A stretch of DNA of 64,000 nt, taken from NCBI GenBank assembly GCA_027491915.1, contig JAOZGC010000002.1:352001-416000 (forward strand). Direction: 5' to 3'. A program made the translations under genes and the position numbers. The notes under the pieces are model-generated. The model searched no databases and was not told where the DNA came from. It saw nothing but the letters and a program-made list of their open reading frames with translations. Positions 7,900-16,707 of the stretch are shown in pieces (position 1 is the first letter of the stretch; the number at the start of each line of letters is the position of its first letter). Origin of the DNA: Thermoproteota archaeon. GTDB lineage: Archaea > Korarchaeota > Korarchaeia > Korarchaeales > Korarchaeaceae.

Positions 7900-9291
7900 T
7901 TGGACGAGACTTCTCGGAGGGGGGATCTCGACGCCCTCTTCAGGCCGAGATCGATAGCGGTCATCGGGGCGTCTTCTAACCCGGGGAAGATAGGACACGA
8001 GATCCTGAGGAACATAATCGAGTACGGATACGGGGGGGAGATCTACCCCGTCAACCCGAAGCACGACAGCGTTCTGGGGCTGAAGTGCTACCCGACCGTC
8101 TTGGACGTGCCGGGAGACGTGGACATGGGGGTGGTGGCCATACCGGCGGCCTACGTCCCCCAGGTCGTGGACCAGCTCGGCGCCAAGGGTGCCAAGGTGG
8201 CCGTGGTCATATCCAGCGGGTTCTCCGAGGTGGGCGAGGTCGAGCTGGAGGAGAGACTGCTCCGGGCGGCCGGGAAGTGGGGGATGAGGGTCCTCGGGCC
8301 CAACATATTCGGGGTGGCCTACACGCCCGGGAGGCTCAACGCCACCTTCGGCCCGAGGGACGTGCTCCCCGGGTCCATAGCCTTCATAACCCAGTCCGGT
8401 GCCCTGGGGATAGCCCTCATGGGCTGGACCATAACCGAGGGCATAGGGCTCTCCGCCCTGGTCAGCGTGGGGAACAAGTCCGACGTGGACGACGACGACC
8501 TCCTCGGGTGGCTCTCCCGGGATCCTGAGACCAGGGTGATCCTGATATACATGGAGGGGGTCAAGGAGGGCCGCGAGTTCCTCGAGGCCGCGTCGGCCGC
8601 CTCCCGGGAGAAGCCCATCGTAGTGATAAAGGCCGGGAGGAGCGAGAGGGGTGTGAAGGCCGCCTCCTCACACACCGGTTCTCTGGCTGGGTCTGACAGG
8701 GTGTACGACGCGGTCTTCCGGCAGTCGGGGGTCCTGAGGGCCTACAGCGTGGAGCAGGCCTTCGACTGGGCCATGGCCTTCGCCTCGGGCAGGGTCCCCC
8801 GGGGCGACAGGACTGTGATAGTGACCAACGGCGGCGGCGCGGGGGTGCTGGCGACGGACGCGGCCGAGATGTGCGGGCTCAGGCTGATCGACCCGCCCCC
8901 GGACCTAGCCGCCGAGTTCCGCAGGTACATGCCCCCCTTCGGGAGCGCCAAGAATCCCGTGGACCTCACCGGTCAGGCCTCCGCCCGGGAGTTCGAGGGG
9001 GCGGTGGCCGCAGCCCTCTCGCACGACTCGGTGGACAACGTCCTGGTCCTCTACTGCGAGACGGCCGTGACCGACCCCGAGGAGATAGCGGCAGCGGTTG
9101 CCCGGGCGGCCGGGGAGAGCGACAAGCCGGTCGCCGCCATGATGATGGGGGGGGAAAGATCCGTGAGGGCCATGAGACTACTCAGGTCCAGGGGCGTGCC
9201 GGCCTACCCGACCCCGGAGAGAACCGCCGAGTCCCTGTGCGCCCTGGTCCGGTACCGGGAGCTCAGGGACAGGGGATCGGCGGGAGTGTGA
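7900..9291 (+). CDS. acdA: Acetyl-CoA synthetase (ADP-forming) alpha subunit
   Basis: FRPRSIAVIGAS..PGKIG CoA-binding domain, QSGALG, SHTGSLAG phospho-His motif, NPVDLTG. Confidence 0.92.
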   Translation: MDETSRRGDLDALFRPRSIAVIGASSNPGKIGHEILRNIIEYGYGGEIYPVNPKHDSVLGLKCYPTVLDVPGDVDMGVVAIPAAYVPQVVDQLGAKGAKVAVVISSGFSEVGEVELEERLLRAAGKWGMRVLGPNIFGVAYTPGRLNATFGPRDVLPGSIAFITQSGALGIALMGWTITEGIGLSALVSVGNKSDVDDDDLLGWLSRDPETRVILIYMEGVKEGREFLEAASAASREKPIVVIKAGRSERGVKAASSHTGSLAGSDRVYDAVFRQSGVLRAYSVEQAFDWAMAFASGRVPRGDRTVIVTNGGGAGVLATDAAEMCGLRLIDPPPDLAAEFRRYMPPFGSAKNPVDLTGQASAREFEGAVAAALSHDSVDNVLVLYCETAVTDPEEIAAAVARAAGESDKPVAAMMMGGERSVRAMRLLRSRGVPAYPTPERTAESLCALVRYRELRDRGSAGV

Positions 9292-9309
9292 CCCGATCCC
9301 GGGCGGCGC

Positions 9310-10707
9310 TCACTCCAACATCTCCCTCTCGTACCTCTTGAGGTGCTCCACCGCCCCCTTCAGGTCGCTGAACTTCTCGGCCACCACCCTGACGTCCTCC
9401 TCAGTCACGGCCTCCCTCCCCCCGGCCCTGGCCCTGACCCCGGCGATGCTCAGTATCTGGGTCGCGTACCTGAGGGACCGCTCGGCGCCCAGCTCCCTGA
9501 GGGCCCTCACCGCGCCGTCCTCCAGCTTCACGTCCTCCTCCCTGGCCCTTATCCTGATTATCTGATCTATCTCTTCTGGAGAGTATTTCTCCGTCGTGAT
9601 GACCACGAGCCTGTCCAGGAGGTCCAGGGGCATCCCGAAGGGCGCGGTGAGGTCAGTCCCCCTGATCTTCGTCACCCCCCTGTTGGTGGCCATGACTATT
9701 ATCGGGACGAGCTCACCCTCCATCGCCCTGCTGAGGAAGGAGAGGGCCTCTATGTCCATCAGGTGCACGTCGTCTATGAAGAGGACCCCAGGTATTATCT
9801 CCCCCCTCTTCTCCTCGACCCACTCCTTCACCTGCTTGTCGACGGCCGCCCTGACCTCTGGGTCGATCTCCCTCTCCGGGGGTGCGCCGAAGAAGAGCGA
9901 GAAGAGGGCTCCCCCCCTCCTGGAGGCCACCATCTGATCCAGGTCGTCCAGCGTCATGGTGTAGACGAACTCTCTGTCCTTCAGGACGGCCCCGGTCGGC
10001 CTGGGGACCACCTTCGATCCGGACACGTCGAACCCGGCCGCCCCCTCCGCCCGGCCCATCCTGGAGACCCTCCCTGTCTCGGCGTCTATCATTATGACGT
10101 CGCCCTCGGCCACCCCCTGGTCGGCCAACTGCTGGGCCACCCTGGGGCCGACCCTCAGCTTCTTGCTCTCCTCCTCGGTCTTCAGCTCTATCTCGGCGCT
10201 CTGGGGGGTTCTGACGAACGGATTCAGGGGGCTGCTCCCCATCTTTATGTCCAGCTTGGTCACCTCCCCCTCGTAGACCTTCTTGACCTCCCTGAGCCGG
10301 ACCCCTATGGCCTTCCTCATGGCCTCCGTCAGGACCTCCGTCTTCTTCCTCTCCGCGCTGTACACCTCGGCCCCGCTGATCTGTATGAACGGGACGTCCT
10401 CCCCCAGCTCCCTGGCTATCCCGACGGCCACGGCCGTCTTCCCGGTTCCGGGAGGGCCGGCGAGGAGCACCGCCTTCCCGCTGAGCCTCCCCTCCCTGGC
10501 CATCTGCACCACGAGGCCCGCGGCCTCCCTCGCCCTCTTCTGTCCCACCAGCCCGTCTCCGACGTCCTTAGCCGTCATGTCCGGATTGAGGCCGAGCCCC
10601 CTGATGTGGCTGTGGGCCCCTATCCTCTCAAGCCTGCTCAGGCCGCCGCCTATCTCCTCTATCTCCGGCAACCTCCCACCACTCGGCGGGGGCCCGGTCG
10701 CCGTCAA
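9310..10707 (-). CDS. RuvB-like AAA+ ATPase/helicase (TIP49/RUVBL)
   Basis: RIGAHSHIRGLGL, GPPGTGKT, VLFIDDVHLMD, ATNRG, PLDLLDR, SLRYA; the true start may be TTG at 10671. Confidence 0.95.
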   Translation of the reverse strand: MTATGPPPSGGRLPEIEEIGGGLSRLERIGAHSHIRGLGLNPDMTAKDVGDGLVGQKRAREAAGLVVQMAREGRLSGKAVLLAGPPGTGKTAVAVGIARELGEDVPFIQISGAEVYSAERKKTEVLTEAMRKAIGVRLREVKKVYEGEVTKLDIKMGSSPLNPFVRTPQSAEIELKTEEESKKLRVGPRVAQQLADQGVAEGDVIMIDAETGRVSRMGRAEGAAGFDVSGSKVVPRPTGAVLKDREFVYTMTLDDLDQMVASRRGGALFSLFFGAPPEREIDPEVRAAVDKQVKEWVEEKRGEIIPGVLFIDDVHLMDIEALSFLSRAMEGELVPIIVMATNRGVTKIRGTDLTAPFGMPLDLLDRLVVITTEKYSPEEIDQIIRIRAREEDVKLEDGAVRALRELGAERSLRYATQILSIAGVRARAGGREAVTEEDVRVVAEKFSDLKGAVEHLKRYEREMLE

Positions 10708-10712
10708 AAAGA

Positions 10713-11228
10713 TTACCCGTCGGACCCGGAGACGACCTCCTCCAGCGCCCTCCTGAGCTCCTCTATCCCCCTGCCGTCCAGGGCGGAGGTGAATATCACC
10801 CTCTTGGCCCCGAGCTCCGCCGCCTCCGCCTCGGCTTCCTCCCTGCTCACCCTGGTCGGCAGGTCAAGCTTGTTGCCCACGAGTATGATCTCCTTCACCC
10901 CGGCCTCCCGCATGACCTCCGCCCACCTGCCCAGCGAGTACAGGGTGCTCGGGCGGCTCAGGTCGAACACCAGCATCCCGACGGTGGCCCCGCTCACCAG
11001 GCCCCGGTGCAGGTGGAAGAACCTCCTCTGCCCCGCCAGATCGTACACTATGAGCTCCTTTCCCTCCCCCTCCAGCACGAAGAAGTCGACTCCTATGGTC
11101 ATCGACGAGCCGCCGACGCTGAACCGGTCGGTCAGCCTCCTGCATATGGTTGTCTTGCCGACCCCGCCCTCCCCCCCGACGGCCACCTTCCTCCTGACCC
11201 TCGCCAACCTCCCCCCGGTGGACTTCAT
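10713..11228 (-). CDS. Small Ras-superfamily GTPase with Rab-like signatures
   Basis: G1 GEGGVGKT, G2 TIGVDF, G3 DLAGQ, G4 NKLD, G5 TSA; ATGA overlap with the upstream gene. Confidence 0.88.
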   Translation of the reverse strand: MKSTGGRLARVRRKVAVGGEGGVGKTTICRRLTDRFSVGGSSMTIGVDFFVLEGEGKELIVYDLAGQRRFFHLHRGLVSGATVGMLVFDLSRPSTLYSLGRWAEVMREAGVKEIILVGNKLDLPTRVSREEAEAEAAELGAKRVIFTSALDGRGIEELRRALEEVVSGSDG

Positions 11229-12199
11229 CTCCAAGCCCTCGCCATGAACATGGGCCCCCTACCCTCTACCTTGTACCTGAGGCCGGACGCCCTCAGCCAC
11301 TTGTCCACGTCGGACCTCCTCGGCGAGATGTCTGACCCCATGAGGTAGGTGGCCAGGGAGTAGCCCCTCATTATCGGGTCGTCCCAGACGCTCTGGAGTA
11401 TTCCTATGTATCCCCTCTCCCTCCCCCTTCCCCCCGGGGCCAGCACGGAGGCCGCGTTCTTCAGCAGGAGTATGGGGTCCCTGATCCAGTTCAACTTCTC
11501 TGCCACGACCGCCAGGTGGATCACCGAGTGGCCGGCTGAGCTCACGGCCTGCCTGACCCTCTCCGGGGCGGACCTGATGAAGGATATGTTGTCCCTCAGC
11601 AGCCCCTGGGCGTTGAGCCTCTCCCTGGCCAGGTCCAGCATGTCCTGGGACGGGTCGACGGCCACGACGGCCGCCTCGGTCTCCATGGCTATGATCCCGG
11701 TCACCACGCCCATGTGGAATGAGAGGTCCGCCACCACCGCCCCCCTCGGGATGCTGGAGAGCCCCAGCCTCCTGAGCCCCTCGAGGAGCATCATCTTCAG
11801 GAACCTGCTGTCCATGAACCTGTAGAAGAGGGCCCTGTTCTCCGGGGAAGAGACGTGAAAGGGCCTCTTGCCATCCTTGACCGCCTCGTAGAGCCTGGAG
11901 AACACCTTGGAGGGGACCACCATGAAGTCCTCCACGTCGTCCCCAACGACCGGCGGGACCTCGGGCCTCTTGGCCGTCCTGTAGACCTTCGTCCCGGCCA
12001 GGTATATGTAGCCCCAGTCGTGGAGGGCCTCCAGGAGGTAGTTCAGGAGCTTTCTGTCCCCGAACTCCTGGGAGAGGGCGGACAGCTCCCTGCCCTCTAT
12101 CTCCTCGAAGAATCCGGCCTCCTCCAGGGGCCCTACGATCGCCCCCTGGAGCCTGAGCTCCAGGTGCTGGAGGGCCTCCCTAGGGATAACCGACGACAA
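11225..12199 (-). CDS. Class I SAM-dependent methyltransferase-fold protein with N-terminal wHTH/dimerisation region
   Basis: VVADLSFHMG (degenerate motif I), AVDPSQDMLDLARERL, LNWIRDP..LLKNAASVLAPGG. Confidence 0.65.
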   Translation of the reverse strand: MSSVIPREALQHLELRLQGAIVGPLEEAGFFEEIEGRELSALSQEFGDRKLLNYLLEALHDWGYIYLAGTKVYRTAKRPEVPPVVGDDVEDFMVVPSKVFSRLYEAVKDGKRPFHVSSPENRALFYRFMDSRFLKMMLLEGLRRLGLSSIPRGAVVADLSFHMGVVTGIIAMETEAAVVAVDPSQDMLDLARERLNAQGLLRDNISFIRSAPERVRQAVSSAGHSVIHLAVVAEKLNWIRDPILLLKNAASVLAPGGRGRERGYIGILQSVWDDPIMRGYSLATYLMGSDISPRRSDVDKWLRASGLRYKVEGRGPMFMARAWR

Positions 12200-12202
12200 G
12201 AC

Positions 12203-12565
12203 TCACTCCACCTCCTCATACCTGACTATCCCCAATCTCAGGAGAACCCGGACCGCCGCCTCGTCCTCCTCGCTCGGCGGGATCGTCCCGTCGAGCACCA
12301 GGCGTATCCTGTCGACGTCTATCCAGGTTGGGGCCAGATCATCCATCCCGGGAACGAACCTCAGCCTCGCACCCCTCTCGGCGAGCTTGGTCCCGTGCAC
12401 CTCCCTCACGTTCCCCCGCCCGTCGACGAACACGGTCACCCCGTGATCCACGTCGCATAGTACGAAATTCCACCCTGGGGAGGGTGATACGTCGTGCCTC
12501 TTGCCGCATATAGGGCAGGTTACCAGCACCAAACCCCCGGACCTCTGGCGATTGGCTCTCCCCAT
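12203..12565 (-). CDS. Hypothetical zinc-ribbon protein
   Basis: CPICGK...CDVDH; co-oriented, 3 nt from the next gene. Confidence 0.6.
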   Translation of the reverse strand: MGRANRQRSGGLVLVTCPICGKRHDVSPSPGWNFVLCDVDHGVTVFVDGRGNVREVHGTKLAERGARLRFVPGMDDLAPTWIDVDRIRLVLDGTIPPSEEDEAAVRVLLRLGIVRYEEVE

Positions 12566-12622
12566 CTATTTTAACCTCAACGGGGGGATCTTTTTTAGGG
12601 GGAGGCGGGCCCCTCACCGAAG

Positions 12623-13711
12623 ATGGCGAGGAGTTGTCCGGGCGGGCCGCCCTCGTCGGTCGAGGCCGGGCTGTCCGAGGACCTCGGGGGCGGCAGGGTC
12701 AGGTGCCTCGCCTGCCCCAGGAGGTGCGTCCTCCCCCCGGGGGGCAGGGGGTTCTGCGGGACCAAGGTCAACGTCGGCGGCAGGCTCTGCGAGCTCAACT
12801 ACTCTAAGGTCAGCTCGGTGGCCATGGATCCCATAGAGAAGAAACCCCTCTTCCACTTCATGCCCGGATCCTGGGCCTACAGCGTCGGAACCGTCGGGTG
12901 CAACCTGGCCTGCAGGCACTGCCAGAACTGGGAGATAAGTCAGCCGGGGGTGCCGCCCGAGAGGTTCCCCTGGCTGCGCGACCTGACCCCAGAGGAGGCC
13001 GTCGAGCAGGCCGTCGAGCTGGGCGCCTCCAGCGTGGCCTACACCTACAACGAGCCCACCGTGGTCAGCATGGAGTGGGTGGTGGACACGGCCAGGCTCG
13101 CCAGGGAGGCCGGCCTCAAGAACGTCAGCGTCACCAACGGTTACTGGAGCCCCGAGGCGGTCGACAGGTTGGCCCCCCTCCTGGACGCCGCCAACGTGGA
13201 CGTGAAGGCCTTCTCAGACGAATTCTACGGGAAGGTGGCGGCGGCCCCTTCCATGAGGCCGGTCCTGGACACGGTCGTCTCCCTGGTCGACCGGGGGGTC
13301 CACGTCGAGCTGACCTACCTGGTCATACCCGGGCTGAACGACGGGGAGGAGGAGATCAGGGCCTTCAGCAGGTGGGTGGCGGATGAGGTGGGGGATGACA
13401 CCCCCGTGCACTTCTCCAGGTTCCACCCGGAGTTCAAGATGAGGGGGGTGCCGCCGACCCCCGCCGAGACCCTAGAGATGGCCCACGAGGTGGCCAGGTC
13501 CGAGGGACTCAACTTCGTCTACCTGGGGAACGTCCCCGGGGACCCGAGGGAGTCCACTTACTGCCCGTCCTGCGGAACCCCGCTGATAAGGAGGTTCGGC
13601 TTCGACGTGCTGGACTGCCGACTCTCGGGCGGCAGGTGCCCCTCCTGCGGCAGGGAGATCCCCATCGTGGGCCCGTGCAGGTCAAGGACCGGGTTCTACG
13701 ACCTCATGTAG
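12623..13711 (+). CDS. amrS: AmmeMemoRadiSam-type radical SAM enzyme (PflA-like)
   Basis: CLACPRRC...DPIEKKPLFHF, GCNLACRHCQNWEISQ, YTYNEP, HFSRFHP, C-terminal CPSCG x2. Confidence 0.88.
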   Translation: MARSCPGGPPSSVEAGLSEDLGGGRVRCLACPRRCVLPPGGRGFCGTKVNVGGRLCELNYSKVSSVAMDPIEKKPLFHFMPGSWAYSVGTVGCNLACRHCQNWEISQPGVPPERFPWLRDLTPEEAVEQAVELGASSVAYTYNEPTVVSMEWVVDTARLAREAGLKNVSVTNGYWSPEAVDRLAPLLDAANVDVKAFSDEFYGKVAAAPSMRPVLDTVVSLVDRGVHVELTYLVIPGLNDGEEEIRAFSRWVADEVGDDTPVHFSRFHPEFKMRGVPPTPAETLEMAHEVARSEGLNFVYLGNVPGDPRESTYCPSCGTPLIRRFGFDVLDCRLSGGRCPSCGREIPIVGPCRSRTGFYDLM

Positions 13712-15021
13712 CCGGGACATTCCACCAGGATGCTCGCTATGATCTTGGAGAACCTCTTGTCGAGCGTGGATCGGTCGGCCAGGAACACCGCCGTCTCCTC
13801 GGGACCGAGCTCCTCCAGGAGCCTCCTCACGAACCTGTACGCTCCGGCCTCACCAAGCCCGGCGACCAGGTCGTTCAGGCTCCAAACCAGGAGGAAGATC
13901 CTGGAGCCGGTCGACCTCCTGAACCTGCCCATGAGCCCGGCCACCAGGCCGGCGTCCAGCTCGACCGCGAGGCGCCTGCCGGTAGACCTCCTGCCCCCCA
14001 CCAGTCCGACTCCCGTCTCCACCAGTAGGTCCACCTCTCTCTCGAGCATTTCGGCCACCGGACCGGGCGGGGCCAGGGCCAGCACTGCAAGGCCGAGCAT
14101 CCTGGCATCCTCGACGAATCTCCTGATCACCTTCCACGGATCCTTGGACAGGTCGGTCGCCAGGACGCACGGGAGGTGGATCCCGCGTCCCATCGAAAGG
14201 TACGTCTCTCTTCTGGGCAGCCTCGTCATCACCACGAGGGTCAGGGCGTAGGACAGACCCCCGATCCACGCCGGGGCTATGACCACTAGGACGTACGGCA
14301 CTGGCGGCAGGGGGTACATGTCCCCCACGCACGACCCCACCAGTGCGAACCCGAGCAGGCTGACGCCGGGCACCATGAGCCTGACGGCCGGATTTTCGGC
14401 TGCTATCTCAGGTCCCCGGTCGAGCAAGACCGCCCACGCGTGCACCCCTATCGACAGGGCCAGGAAGTGGGACCCCACCTCCGCGGCCAGCCATGGAGAG
14501 ACCGGCTGCGGGGCGGGATCCCATCCGGACGCCCAGGCCAGGGCGAACCCCCCGACCACGAGCCCCGCGGCCGCGATCATGGAGATCGCGGCCAGCCTCG
14601 ACAGCGAGATCCTCCTCAGCCTGGTCGGCTCCTGCGACGCGGCCGGCACCGTGATCTCCCATAAGGCGGCGGCCATCCCGACGTTGATGGAACCGGTGTC
14701 GGAGACGGCCACGACGGGGTCGGCCATGATCAGGGCCTCCTCCAACACGAAGAGCATCAGCCCGAAGATCCCCAGAGCGATCGCCAGGCCGAACCTCCAG
14801 ACTGAGAGGCCGAAGTACTCCAGCCGACTCGTCCACCCCACCGTGGCCAGGGCCAGGATGATCAGGAAAGTGGCGGCGAAGGCCGCCTTCCCCGCCAGGA
14901 TCGCCCAGTTGACCTCCGCCCTCGCGGCGGGCGGGTAGAGCAGGAGGAGGACCACCCCGAGGATCAGCCAGGCCGAGACCAGGACGGTGAGGATACTGTA
15001 GGCGAGCTCAACGGGCTTCAT
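13696..15021 (-). CDS. Multi-pass membrane protein with C-terminal DUF835-like (inactive KaiC/RecA-fold) domain
   Basis: About 7 hydrophobic helices, then ..SLNDLVAGLGEAGAYRFVRRLLEEL...STLDKRFSKIIASI. Confidence 0.55.
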   Translation of the reverse strand: MKPVELAYSILTVLVSAWLILGVVLLLLYPPAARAEVNWAILAGKAAFAATFLIILALATVGWTSRLEYFGLSVWRFGLAIALGIFGLMLFVLEEALIMADPVVAVSDTGSINVGMAAALWEITVPAASQEPTRLRRISLSRLAAISMIAAAGLVVGGFALAWASGWDPAPQPVSPWLAAEVGSHFLALSIGVHAWAVLLDRGPEIAAENPAVRLMVPGVSLLGFALVGSCVGDMYPLPPVPYVLVVIAPAWIGGLSYALTLVVMTRLPRRETYLSMGRGIHLPCVLATDLSKDPWKVIRRFVEDARMLGLAVLALAPPGPVAEMLEREVDLLVETGVGLVGGRRSTGRRLAVELDAGLVAGLMGRFRRSTGSRIFLLVWSLNDLVAGLGEAGAYRFVRRLLEELGPEETAVFLADRSTLDKRFSKIIASILVECPGYMRS

Positions 15022-16155
15022 TCAATCCTCCTCCAGAATCTCCTCGGCCAGCCTGATCCCCCTCTCGGCCAGCCACCCCCTCACCGACTCGTAGGCCTCC
15101 TCCGAGGCGCCGAAGGCCTCTGGCGGGACGACCCCCCTGCTGGGGGACAGGCCGTCGGAGACGGCCCTAAGGAATCCTGTCGCCGCGAAGGCGGTCGTCC
15201 TGGCCATGGCAGTCATTCCGGTGGACTCGTCGTACCTGTCGATCAACCTGAACTCCATCCTGCCCCCGTCTCTGCCGACCGCGGAGACCAGCATGACGAC
15301 CAGGTCCCTGGGGTCCCGCGGGAGCCTCGCCTCGAGCAGCCTGACGGTGACCTCCGCCGGGATCACCTCCTTACCGTCCACGACCACCGGTTCCCTGCTG
15401 AGGAGGCCCAGATCCCGGAGGAACCTGATGGCCCTGGCGTGGCCCGGGTACCTCAGGGTCCTCTCCTCCATCCTGTCCACCCCCCTAATGGTCTTGAGGA
15501 GGGTGCGGAGCCCGTCCGTGAGGAAGGCCTCCATCCTCCCGACGCCGGGGACGTCCACCTCCACCGGGTCGGAGAGGGCCGGCACCTCCACCACCTCGCC
15601 CCCCCTGACGATCCTGGCCGGCCTGGTGTACTCCTCTATCAGGTCCTCCGGGCTCCAGGTTATGGCGTACCCCAGCGGGGGCCTCGGTTCCTGGGGAACC
15701 CCTCCGACCATTATCACAAGCTCCCTGAGCTCCCCGAGCTCGGCCAGGGCCCTGCCCGCCGCCAGGTTGCTGAGCCCCGGGGCCATCCCCGCGTCAGGTA
15801 CGATCGTGATCCCCTCGGCCCTGGCCCTTGAGTTGAGCCCCAGTGGGCTCTCCTCCGAGTAGGAGACGTCCACGAGATCTATCCCCTCGTCCACGGCGGA
15901 AGACCAGACCGCCGGGACGAGCCTGCCCGGCAGGGCGACTATCGCGGCGTCTACCTCCCTGAACAGGGAGGATATGGAGACGGGATCGCGGGCGTCCACG
16001 ACCCTGGTCTCCACCCCCCTGAGCCTTGAGGCCGCCTCCCTCAGGGCCTCGATACGGGCGTCCGCCAGGACGAGGTCGGCCTCGCCCCACCTGTCCCAGA
16101 TGTCCCAGGCGGCCGCCGACCCTATTCTCCCAAGGCCTAGAACGGCTGTCCTCAA
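15022..16155 (-). CDS. Saccharopine dehydrogenase / lysine 6-dehydrogenase family protein
   Basis: VLGLGRIG, DAGMAPGLSN, VGGVP..PPLGYAITWS, TDGLRTL, TLRYPGH, TAMARTT. Confidence 0.88.
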   Translation of the reverse strand: MRTAVLGLGRIGSAAAWDIWDRWGEADLVLADARIEALREAASRLRGVETRVVDARDPVSISSLFREVDAAIVALPGRLVPAVWSSAVDEGIDLVDVSYSEESPLGLNSRARAEGITIVPDAGMAPGLSNLAAGRALAELGELRELVIMVGGVPQEPRPPLGYAITWSPEDLIEEYTRPARIVRGGEVVEVPALSDPVEVDVPGVGRMEAFLTDGLRTLLKTIRGVDRMEERTLRYPGHARAIRFLRDLGLLSREPVVVDGKEVIPAEVTVRLLEARLPRDPRDLVVMLVSAVGRDGGRMEFRLIDRYDESTGMTAMARTTAFAATGFLRAVSDGLSPSRGVVPPEAFGASEEAYESVRGWLAERGIRLAEEILEED

Positions 16156-16382
16156 ATCACATCCCCCTCGGGCCGACCCCTCGCGGGATCCCTCCCCCGG
16201 GACCCCCCGGAGACTGGGACGGATCGGCGGTGTCCGCGCGGGGTGGGGTCACCCCGTCCTCCATCGACCCCCAACCTCAACCCTACTCCGAAAGAGCGGG
16301 GAGACATCCGAAGTCCTCACCGTCCAGGGGGTTTGGACCTCGGAGGGAGATCACTTTATTTATCTTGCGGTGCATTGGACCC

Positions 16383-16649
16383 GTGCTCGCCAAGGAGGTC
16401 ATAGGGAAGGAGGTCGTGACCCGAGACGGCGGCCTGGTGGGCCGAGTCCTGGACCTGGAGCTGACGGAGGACTGGAGGGTGTCGAGGCTCATCCTCTCCC
16501 TCAGGAGGGAGGCCGCCAGGTCGGCGGGGGCGAGGTTCCCCCTGAGGCCCAAGTCGGCCGTGGAGATCTCGGCCGTCGCCGGGGTCGGCGACCTCGTTAC
16601 CCTGATCTGCGGGTGGGCCGACCTCCCCTCGGTCCTGGAGAAGATCTGA
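16383..16649 (+). CDS. PRC-barrel domain protein
   Basis: VIGKEVVTRDG..VGRVLDLEL...VAGVGDLVTL; GTG at 16383 follows a tttattta TATA box. Confidence 0.72.
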   Translation: MLAKEVIGKEVVTRDGGLVGRVLDLELTEDWRVSRLILSLRREAARSAGARFPLRPKSAVEISAVAGVGDLVTLICGWADLPSVLEKI

Positions 16650-16707
16650 CCGGCCAGTTTTCGGCTAGAGGGACCGGACGCCGCGCCTTCGGGCCGGTGA
16701 GGGCGGG

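Noticed and set aside
12623-13711. AmmeMemoRadiSam enzyme as a novel system
   Set aside because: Widespread known family, and its usual partners are not adjacent here
16156-16380. GC-rich intergenic hairpins as a possible ncRNA
   Set aside because: No tRNA cloverleaf or C/D box pattern; short hairpins are expected at this GC content
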